The notes beneath the pieces were generated by a model, which was given only the letters and a program-made list of their open reading frames with translations, had not been told where the DNA came from and did no database searches. The translations under genes were made by a program, and so were the position numbers. Below are positions 1 to 11,800 of a DNA stretch of 60,000 bases, piece after piece; within the stretch, counting starts at the first letter, position 1; each line of letters opens with the position of its first letter. The DNA lies in the NCBI RefSeq assembly GCF_037042905.1, contig NC_087251.1:39434001-39494000 (forward strand), in the 5' to 3' direction. This DNA is from Lytechinus pictus. Taxonomy: Eukaryota.

Positions 1-3000
1 TGGCATAAGCAATGCTGGAGAGATAAAAGCCCATCTGTGAGTGTACCCTTTCAAGAAAAGGCCTGCATAAAATATGTTCCTCCATTTAAAATCACAAAAA
101 TTCGAAATGTAACACAAACAATGAGCAAAGGCAAAGCAATACATAAATGTTGACAAAGTATTAAAGATTATAATCTATGACAAAATTTGAAAAGCTAAGA
201 AAATAAAAAGGAAAATAAATTAATAGATTCGGTAGAATTCCCTTCGTAGATATATAGTTTTCACTGTACATGCTTGTGAAGTTTTGGGTATTGGTTAATA
301 CCTGTTGCAACCTCATTTGTGTAATAAAAATTATCAGAATCTCAATTCATACTGAATTATATAATGCTGAAGACATTCAGTTCATGAGTTACATAGGCTA
401 CTATTGTTCGTCTCCGTAATATAGTTCATCAGGAAGAGAGTAATACAGATATATTTTTCTAAAATATTTGTGAAAGAAAAAATGTAATAAGATTGCTTTT
501 AAGATTGTGAGGCAGCATGACGACCATTTCAAATTTATTTAGAACAACCTGAATCGCAATCCCAATATGATTATAGCACTACGCTTTACCAAGATTTGAC
601 AACTCCTCAAACAAGATTGGAAGACATACAGTACCATCAAAAATACCGCCCTCACTCTTCGGTCGCCCACACAGCACTTATATGCGAAATCTGAACAAGG
701 AGAGCTACACTGTACAAATGAGCCATCGAGGGCCGACACTCCAAGCGACATTGCATATTAAAATTCCATGCCACCCGGGACTGCAATAACAGGCGGATGA
801 AATTCAAGAATACGGGACAATGATAATCTTTCTTTGATGAATTGGAAAGAGATGAAGGAGGATCACATGAACTTTGCAGGAGGAGAAAGGGAAATTCTGA
901 TACACCACCCAACAAACATCAAAAGCAAATGAGACACTACTGAAGATTCATAAATTGAAACACAAGTATAAATGCGTTCAAATTTTTTGAGGAAATATTC
1001 CTATAGAAGTCAGACTCTGTAACTAATTCAGAAATTTGAAACAATATTTCTTCCTGGTCGACTGAAGATTCACAATTTGAGTATCGAGGAAGAATTGAAA
1101 TGCAGGAGAATATGTTAAGGGGAATATCATTTAGGGTTGTCTGACTCTGAAAGGAATTCAGGGGAGTCTTTCACAAAGCGAAGAAACAGTGGTTTTTACC
1201 TTAACTATGAACCAAGACTAGAAGAGTTTCTTCTTAGACTACTGAAAATTCATAATTTGAGTATCAGGACACAAGTGCTGTAGTACATTATGTTGAGGGG
1301 ATATTTTTGTAGTTGTCCAAACTCTGTTTGGAAGTCAGAAATTTGAAACAAGAGCCTCTTCATGGTCTAATTCTGGCCAGCCTCCAGAAATATGAACATG
1401 TGAAATAACAAACAGCGGTGGGTGTTTCTGAATCTATTGCACAATCAAAACACTTTGAGAACAGATTAGATTAGACAGAAAGTAACAGCAGTGTCGAGGT
1501 ATTTTCTACAGTAATGAAGATATGATACAAAATAATAACATGCTGACATTGTTTTAGAAAATACCAAACAAAAAGTACATGAACTTGCATGGGACCATAT
1601 TTTTTCTTAATTAATGCTATTTTGAAATGGTCCTCTTCATTCTTAATATCAATATCTATATTTGAAAAGCCTAGTTTTGATTTCTGGATGAATACAAAAT
1701 GCACATCTGATGGACGGTTTATACAAATGACAAAGTGAACTCATTATGAGAAGATGCTTCCAAGTTACTTCTTTGAAATATTTTGTTTTTCTTCTGTTAT
1801 TCTACATGGAATCACCTTCACATCAACCCGTTAGCCATGAATTTATATAGGAATGTCTTGCTCTGATGTCTTCTAATACATTAATCAAGTGGCAACTAAT
1901 GTCTTTGCCATTTTACAAAATACTGTCCGAAATCCCCTGGGCACAGAGTGACAGAGTATTCTAAATTATCTACCTTACACTTTACTACAGGGAATACAGG
2001 GGAGCATTTCATTATAACAAATAGTTTCCCTGACTGTTGTTATAAGCTGCCAAAATACTTGTATCTGATTGGCTCAGAGCAAATTTGTCAGTTAAAAATT
2101 ACTAATTGTTTGTTTACTGAAATACTCTCCAGATCTTCTATCATTGATTGCACTACAGCTGATCAATGAATCCAGGCATAACTGAATATCGGTAGTATTT
2201 TATACTTAAAATCATTCATATTTGAGTGAGTCACCTAGGAAAACCCTTGGGCATCTTAGGTTGGGTAGCACTGCAGTGCATCATGACCGACTGTAAAAAC
2301 AATTTCCTTCTAATAAGAGTTCCTAACCACCTTAGAACATCAAACCATTCCTTCCTACACTCCTCCCATAAATTCATCTGCCATCTCATGAACTCCACAG
2401 GCTCGATGATGAGATAATGAGCCAAGCATGTTCGGAGGTGGCGCGATGGATTGGGCAGATGGATGACCGTCTTAGGATCCATGTTCTTATAAGCCTATGC
2501 CAGCCTGTTTGATAGATGTGTGCTTAGTAGGGAATAAGTCCAAGGTTGAGAAAGGTGTCTTCGTTAGCAATGTCAGCCAAGGCTTGATAGATGAATAGGC
2601 CCAATTACATTCCCTACCCATAACTGCCTGGCCCAAGGCAAGCAGAGGAGACAGTCAGGAAATATGTCACCATTTTCCAAGAAATTTTAAATCCAATGAT
2701 CAGGATGAAAGGATCCCATCTAGTATAAAAGGTCCATGAGAAGCAATGCTTGTATTTTACACTGTCTAGTTATGGGGTCACACTTTCAAAGCACATATCT
2801 TTACATGAAAACGATATATAAAATGTCAGTGCTTGCTAACATCAACAACAAGTTCTTTACTTGGTGACATTTCTGTGATAATTCCTATTTCCCCAAATCC
2901 AACTACCTTCTTTTTTTCGTCAATTTATTTTGTTCAGAAGATGAGCCCCCCCCCCCCCCTTGACTTAAAAATTCTGCATCCGCCACAGGTATACATAACA

Positions 3001-3199
3001 AAATCTGTAATGATACACATGACAATATTCAGGATTAGCAGACAGTCGTGTAACCCAACTCTGATGAGGACACAACTTTGTTTAGTGCTGTTGCCCCCTC
3101 GCTGCATGGGAAATGTTGAACTCTTTAACTACGTTGATCTCTCAGAGAAGCCCAAGCTAGGGCTTTGGATGGGCTTAGCAGCTGCGTTGATAGTAAGGA

Positions 3200-4960
3200 T
3201 CATCAGTGATCCACCACCTGTGTCTAGATGTTCAGCACTTCACATGGGAGGACTGAGTCATCGGTAGATATGAACGCATCCCAATGGTTTTAAACCTTAT
3301 ACTGTCTTGAAGAGAAGAACTGCATGCCAGGTTCATCAGTGAAGTTTGTATCTACACTTACATCTCAATAGGTGTGAGTCATTGGTAGATATGAACGCAT
3401 CCGATTAGTTTTAACCCATATGTTGCCATGGTGAAGTAAAACCACAAGATTCTACCACCTGTTTCTAGATGTTCAACACTTCACAGGAAAGATGCAAGTC
3501 ATTGGTAGATGTGAACGCATCCTATTGGTTTTTCTTTTAACCCACATGATACCATTCAGAAATCAAAATGGTAAAGAGGTTTGTTTTCCAATATGCTACC
3601 ATGAAAAGTAGTACAGCAAGCCAAATAGGAGATGTCAGTCATTGGTAGCTGTGAAAGCATCTTATTGCTTTGAACCTATAGGCAGCCATTGCAAAGTAGA
3701 ACTGCAAACTAACTGCAAGCCAGGTTTATCAGTGATCTATCACTTGTGTCTAGATGTTCAGCACCTCACAGGGGAGGTGTGAGTCATTGGTAGATATGAA
3801 CGCATCCTGTTTGTTTTAACCCATAAAAAGTTTAAAGAAGTAGAACTGCATGCCAGGTTTATCAGTGATGTTCATATCTACACTTACATTTTAATAAGAG
3901 GTGAGAGGCACTGGTAGATATGAATGCAACCTATTTGTCATAACCCATGGTACATGGTACTATTAGTTTTAACCTATATGCTACCATGGGAAAGTAGTAT
4001 GGCAAGCCACATCCATCAGTGATCTACCACCTGTTTTTGCATGTCCACCACTTCACAGGAGAAGTGTGAGTCATTGGTAAAAGTAAACGCATCCTATTTG
4101 TTTTAACCTATATCGTACCATGGGCTGTAACTTACGCAGTTTCATCAGTGATAAAGCCTCATGAAATGGAATCCCCATCACTTCTTAGAAGAGAGGAGGT
4201 CAGCGTTATCAGCAGAAGATGTAGACATATCCATGTTTACTTCAGCATGAAATTTATCCACATTATGCTGCAATCAACCCTGGTGAGTGAATGCTTGGAC
4301 GCTAAGGCAGCCCAGCTAAAGCCGGGATAATAATAACAAGCAGGGCCTGCTGGGAGAAAAGTTTTCAGAACTGAAGTGGCTTCCCTGGGTAAATATACCT
4401 ACATTATTATTATAGCCATCACCTAATTTTTTTTCTACTCAACTATTGAAGAAGAAGAGGATTTGGACTATCAGCAAAATATGTGAACATAGCCCATTAG
4501 TTATTAATGTATACACCTACAATTTTGTTAACTTAACATTACCATTTAATTATTGTTAAAGTGCCATCCTCTATATAATATACAGTACTGGTATGTATGG
4601 AAATAATAAAATATTAAATCTAGAACAGAGTGGTTCAAATCATCAGCAAAAGATGAGAACATAGCCTGTTTAATTTATAGGCTTTCACTTTGACACAATT
4701 TTACTATAAACATGATTTCCTACAAGCTCCATCACTTTAATTCATACTAAGGAACAACAGTTTTTCAAAGAAAAAGAGTTTTTGTCATCAGCAGTATATG
4801 AGAACATAGCCCTCTACATAATGAATAAGACTATGTTTTCCTACTCAAGTTTACTGTATATATAAGAGATCCGTCACATAACTTTATATCTGGAAATGAT
4901 AAAAAGATTCTCGGGAGAAAGGGCTGCATCAACCACAGCAGAAGTGAACATGTAAATTTT
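3200..4960. repeat. Degenerate tandem array, ~120-160 bp period, with a conserved core
   Basis: Core gtcattggtagatatgaacgcatcc near 3257, 3377, 3498, 3638, 3783, 3908 and 4070; diverged form atcagca..a.atg.gaacatagcc near 4208, 4469, 4641, 4786 and 4934. Confidence 0.8.
4275..4412 (+). mobile_element. 5'-truncated SINE/LINE 3' fragment
   Basis: Ends ctgggagaaaagttttcagaactgaagtggcttccctgggtaaata followed by an (att)n tail, a CR1-like 3' stem-loop tail. Confidence 0.55.
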
Positions 4961-7812
4961 CTTGGAATTGATCTTACTTTTGTCTCAGAACATCATCATC
5001 ATGCGTACAACATGTACTGTAAAAGCACCTCACGAAATGTGTTGACATTTTCAGACTTGGTTAAAATCTAACATCAACACTTCTACTATGGTTCACATTA
5101 GGTTAGTGATCGCACAATCCCCCATTGCTGAATATTACAGAGGTGTCCATGATGTGTAACCCCCTCCAACAAGGTGATAGAGAACAGCTTCCAGTTTCAT
5201 ACTGCAGCAACGTCTGCCACGTCAAAGGCTGACAATATTGACTATTGTTCCAAATACATAATGGCAACAGGGGAAAACGTTTACGGGGCTTAGGGTGAAT
5301 TCCCATTTTAAATGCCCCAAATCCCTGGAAAACTAATGAGAGCCCCTTAGGGTTCAGTGTCAACTGGAATAGAGTCCGTGTATCAAATTTGGCAGGTGAG
5401 CTAAAAAAAAATCACCCTAAAAGAATGTTTCCCCCCTGAACGGCAATAAACGGTTGTTCAAATAATTCAAGTTGTGGTACCATCGCTTCCATGAAGCTGC
5501 ACATAAATTTCTATTAATCAATTATGTGAACCTTTATACATTGACTTGAGTATGACTATTCAATTATATCTTTGAAAAGAAATCTATATAGGTAAACCAT
5601 GATGAAATATCAACATAGAGTTTTACATTAATCATTATGTGGTAGTGTATTTCTATGTTATATTTGACAGAGTACAAGATATCCGGATGTAAGTAATGTC
5701 CTTGTACATTTACATAGTACTGTGAGTCTATCTTATGGGTCAGTCAGTACAAATGAAATTTAAACACCCATTCACTACAAATGTCTGAAATTTCCCCGGA
5801 GAATAATCAACTTTCTTTTCATTAATTTTCAATCTGTTTTCAATTTTTGAGGGTCTGACTCATCCAGTTCATATATGAGCAATACACGGTAAGTCATCAA
5901 GGCCCCGTCTTACAAAGAGCTACGGTTGATCGAATCAATCGTAACTCTATGGAAATCCATCAGTGTCATAATTTTTTCTACAGGAAATTTGCAAAATTTC
6001 CTTTTTAAACAAAGGAGAACACACCAAATTGTCAAGAAATCAATTAATTTATGGATATACATTCATAACTAGAAATTTTTTTGAACAAACATGCATTTTA
6101 TATGTTGACTTTGTTGGCTTCCATAGTTGCAATTGATCAGATCAATCACAACTCTTGCCCCAGAACAGACTATAGGTATGTCCATGTACAGGCAATCTGC
6201 ATCATACACAGGTTTCCAACACATGACTTTACATATTTTTAAGGCAAAGTCACTTTTCTCCAGAGCACATTTTTTATATTGCAACAAAGCTATATATACA
6301 AAAACATTCATATTTACATTTATAAAATATCATCAAGATAATGTAATATCAAATCCCATAGGATATGAATTTGCTTATTTGGGAATATCTTTTTCGAACA
6401 ATTAATATAGATTTCCATTATTTTCATCTTTAGAATATTTTCAATGGGAAGGAAATAGTAGTTTAGTAAAATTGATTACATTAAAGGTTATTTCATTTGG
6501 TGTTATACATGTATCTCTATTTTCTAATGGGGGCTATAACTAATTATTGTCATAATTCTCATTTCCATAAAATATCTTTCTGTGCTAGATTACTGACTTT
6601 CAAAAAACAACAGAAGAGAGTCTCTACTTCGTCCTCAATATCCTCCCTCAACATGTGGGCAGGTCTAGCAAGTAAGTCGTAATATGATTTTGCTGCATCA
6701 GTTTGAATTGAGACATTAAAACCCACACAAATCTGCTGAGGATTTAAATTCCCAAATTGAAAGTTTCTGCACTATTATAAAGATACATGTACATGTAGTT
6801 TGTGAAGAGAAGAAGAATGCCATTCAACAATACACTACCATTTCTGACAAACATGTACTTTAAAAGAGCACACGCAAAACTGAAGGCGACAAATTATAAT
6901 CAATCATAACAATATATGTACATATTCTTCTTGTGAATTTGCTTATAGATGCACATAAAGTGTACAGTAAACTGTTTGTATTTATGATATTGAATGTTTA
7001 TCATGCTTCTAACAGAAATAAATTCAATGAAATATCAACATACTGTACATTCAGCATTTTTGATTTTTGAAATAAAATTGCTAATTTACTATATTACAAT
7101 GTGAATGTATGGTAATAAAAGCTAAAACTGCATTTATCTTTATATTTAATTTTTACAAAAATTAATCTGATACCTACCAATTAAAGATGAAGGGATGGGG
7201 CTAATACATGTACTTCAGGTATGTGTGAAAGATTAAAAATTTGTGATATTATCAAGACAATTACTTTTGAATTAACAATATTCATAATCTTTTTACAAGT
7301 GTTGTGCAAGTGCTTGTTGTAATGAACAATTGATGTGAATAGTAATCCACAGTTGTAATTCATCATCAGACACAAATACCCCTACTTACATATATAAATT
7401 CGCCTATTTCTGCAATCAGATTTGAGGAATTATTTCCAAAATTGCCATGCTACTGCTACTTTAATCCAAATCACTCTTTATTCACAAAAAGCTAAAAGCG
7501 GTGCATAAAATCGGTCTACGCATTCAATCGATGAAACCTTGTACATCGTCTCTTCAAGCAAGCATTGGCCTGCTCCTCCATCACCACAAGAACTCAGTAT
7601 GCACTGTAGCGCTCCGTATGGAGTCTGGCTGTCGCATGAAAATTCCGGCTATGTATCTGCCACTTTAGCTGCCATTCGTTTGCTAATCTGCATTCATAGA
7701 TTCTGAGATTGGAACCCGAGAAGCATACTCAATAATCAGCGCGGTAATGAAGGATTCGGAGGAATCGTGGCAGTTTCTACATGTGAAATGTGTTGCTCCT
7801 GATGAATACATC

Positions 7813-8870
7813 TGTGTTTCATGAAGCATCTTGTCAGTGATTTTTCACTGACAGATTTGCCATCAGCCAATCACATGCTAGGATTTCAGTAGCTTATAAA
7901 AATAGCCAATGAAAATCAATGATAAATATCTTTGTGAAATGCTCTCCTTGGGAGTGTTTCATGAAGCATCTTGTCAGTGAATTTCAATGACAAATTTGTT
8001 CCGAGACAATCGTTTGTAAATATTTGCAGCAGGTTATAACACTAGTCAATGAAAATATTTGATTATTATTGCATGAAATGCTCCTCTAATGGTAATTGAT
8101 ATACTGGAGAGTTTTTCATGAACCATCTTGTCAGTGACTTTCACTGACTAATTTTCTCTGAGCCAATCAGATGCGAGGATTTTCAATAGCTAACTTATAG
8201 TCAATTAAAATCATTTACAAATATGTATCTTCATGAAATGCTCTCCAGGTAGGTTTTCATGAAGCATCTTGTTTATGACAGATTTGCTCTGAGCCAATCA
8301 AATGCAAGAATTTTGTTAGCTTTTCAAAATAGTAGAAATCACTGATGATTTGTTCCATGAAATGCTCCTGTTAAATGGTCACTGATGAACTGGGGAGTGT
8401 TTCATAAAGCATCCTGCCAGTGATTTTCCACTGACAAATTTGCTCTGAGCAATCAGATGCAAGAATTTCCAGTAGGTTATAAAAACATTTAGTAAAAAAT
8501 AAAATCATTGATAAATTGTTTTATGAAATGCTCCTCTGATGATCATTGATAAACTGGGGAGTGTTTCATAAAGCATCTTGCCAGTGATTTTTCACAAACA
8601 AATTTGCTGTAGGCCAATCACACACAAGATTTTCAGTCGCTTATAACAATAGTCATTGGAAATCATTGATTATTTGTTGTATGAAATGCTCCTAGATGAT
8701 GGTCATTGATAAACTGTGGAAAGTTTCATAAAACATCTTATTGGTAATATATTCACTGACAATTTTCCCTAAGCCAATCAGATGCAAGGATTTCAGTAGA
8801 TATTCAAAATAGTATGATGAAAACATTATCTGTTCCATGAAAGGCTCCTCTGATGGTCATTAATAAAGAA
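7813..8870. repeat. Tandem array of 7 copies of a ~135-bp palindromic MITE plus a short linker
   Basis: Units gtttcatgaagcatcttgtcagtga...ctgagccaatcagatgcaagg...catgaaatgctcc start near 7813, 7950, 8106, 8253, 8392, 8556 and 8717. A dispersed partial copy lies at ~26212-26300. Confidence 0.88.
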
Positions 8871-11800
8871 GACGTGTCTCAGAAGGTTGCGTTAGACAAG
8901 TGGGCTTGATTCAGGGCTACAGCCATGGTCTGTGTTGGATTATGCATCAAGCTATCTGTTTAATTAAGAGGGTGACCTTGATAGCATGAAAACAAGAGGA
9001 CAACGAGATATGATGGACATGTCAGATAAATCGACTGACAAGGTGGTGCGATGCGATTTTATGAAGGGATTATTTACAATCCAATGCTCTGTTATACTAC
9101 GGAGAAGAACATGACAGACTTGTAGAGCTTGTATCAACATCAGAGTACAAAGTGTGCAAAATTAGCCTTCTTGTACTTTAAGCCTTGGACATAATATAGA
9201 GCACAAAAACATAATTGATTGTTCAAATGGTTAGATCAATTCATTTCTACATGTACATTCATTAATTCTGATTACCAAACACATGTTCATGTAAATGAAT
9301 AGTCTTCTTTGGGAAGGGCAAGCCTACCATTAAAAAAAATAATGAACACGCCCCAGTGAAAGCTGTCTACTTTCTCATAGCACGATGCTAGGAAAAAGAA
9401 AATCCCTTCAGTGTTAGATCATGCTATAAAAAGACCATTTCCATTGTATTTGTACAGGAATGCTACAGTCATACCAAGGAGATGTCACCTCACCTCTAGG
9501 TGTTATCTCCTTGGTCATACCTGACAAACTAGACCCCAACCTGACCAAATCTATTTGTTCTTTTTTTTTAATATGATATTAATAACAGCTTTACCTGATT
9601 AATCTTTTGCGTTTATATTATTCCAGATAATAATGGTAATTATATATTGGAATATGTTACTTCAATTTTCAATGTTTTCTTTCTTAACCCATGTATTATA
9701 CTTTGATCTGCAATTCATTTGGTATGAAACGGTGGACCTGGTCTCTTTGCGGACATAAATTTGTTTGATACATCATCAATGTCTTGAACTTGAATAAAGT
9801 CATGATGAATCACACCAACATTATTTCCAATGACATATGGTTGGTTTGGAGTTGGTGTGGCTGTGGCATAAAATAAGAAGAGCACTGTTGGCTTGCATTT
9901 CCATCACCTGTGCAAAAGAGTAACTCAACCTTTCTTGTCTCTGACAGTTTCTACTTGTACCATCAAATACCAAATCTGCTATGGCATTTGACCATCACAA
10001 GATCACTCAATTCAACTCTTCAACAACTGATTTGATCAAGTATGGTCCATGTTTTAACCATGCTTTCAGCAGGCTACATGTAGTTGTAAAATTTGGAGAT
10101 TTTTTTTTTTTTTTTCATTTCATTTATATGAACAATGCATTCTCCTGAATAATGAAATAAACTGTGCTAGAACTGGTTTTCATAAATGAACATGACTCAT
10201 CAACAGGATCAACCACAATTTTACACTATTCATAGTTCTATTTTCATGTTTGACAAGAAGAATTCAGCATAAAAAAGGCAAAATTCTCTTTTTTTTTCAA
10301 GTAAGGAGGTCTGAGTTTTTTTAAATCAACTATAGGCCTACTAACTTAAACCATCAGACTGTTACAAATTTCTATAATACGAGTGGTGGGGTACATTCAT
10401 TATTAATTGATAAATTTTTTTCAAATATCAGACAAAGAATACATGATCGATTTTGTTTTTTCGAAAGATTGTTTACAGAATACAGAAATGCATTCATGGA
10501 TGCACACTGACAAATCGTAAGGCAAAATTCTTGACTTACAAACTGCATTCCATCCAATTGAACCATGCATAGCAGAATGTTTATGATATATTTACAAGCT
10601 TTCTCTGCATCCAAATTTTTTTTTAATAATTACCTAAATGATAATTTGGTACTGTGAAGGTTCCTGCATGAAGCTATTAATAGCTTCATGGTTCCTGTAT
10701 ATGGAATAACACAACATGTACAGTGTACATTGTAATTATGTACATGTAAACGTTATCGCTGAATATCAGTATATACTACACTATATATACTTTACGTTAT
10801 ATACCAGTATTAAGATACCATTTACATAATTTCACAGACTTTCAGTACATGTACATGTAGGTCAAATTATCATTGACAATACATGAAGAGGGTATACATG
10901 TGCAAGTAGCCAGAGACAAGAAAAAGGAAGGATTTAGTGTCTATTTCAGCCAATAAGGTCTTGTGAGAGTGGACAATACATGTATACAGGCCTACAAAGA
11001 AATGGGTAAAAGAAGCACTCAGAGTTCAGCTGAGTTCGGAATCTGATTAGCATAAGAAAAGAAACCACACAGCTGGCATTCTGTTCTTATTGTTATCTGT
11101 TCTACCATAACCTACATACATAGTACATGTCAGGGGTGTGCCACATGTACATGTATTTTTTTATCCATGGGTGCATGAAAGGTTGATATGTTGCAAAAAA
11201 TATACTCGGTTATATATTTTTTTCACTCAAAATACTTATTGATTTATTTCTGGTCATTCTTGTACAAATATTCATTCCTGTAAACTTGAAATCAAATTTG
11301 TACAATCATACAAACTTATCGTATGAAATTTAGCAGCATTCACTTTAATAGGCCTAATTAAAAATAAACATATAGATGAAAACTGGTTTCATATGAATGA
11401 TACAAAAACATACTTTTGCTTAAAATAGTCAATGTGGTAATAAGAGGTAGAGAATCTATCATTTATTCATTCATTGATCTACATGTATTCATCTATATTT
11501 GGCACTAGCAAGGAGAGATGAGATTTTTTAAGTATGAAGAAAGTATAAGAAAATAAGTCAAGTAAACAGAGTTTCATACATTGGAAAGAACAATTACCTT
11601 AACATATTTTGTGAAGTGCACATGATAACATGCACATCATGGTATTTGAAGACAGACTAATTTCAGATATCAACCCTGACATTTAGAAAATGCACATTTG
11701 GACTTTTTATTCCAGCAAAACCTTAAAAATACAGAACTCATAATGTTACACATTAATCATTGGACTATTGATGATTAACCTCAAACGGATCATTGGTTTA

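Noticed and set aside
2231..2482. 83-aa minus-strand ORF (MDPKTVIHLPNP...)
   Set aside because: No recognisable domain and no supported exon chain.
3200..4160. Hammerhead or C/D snoRNA array suggested by repeated minus-strand CTGATGA
   Set aside because: No stem II-GAAA follows the motif, and there is no consistent box C/D pairing.
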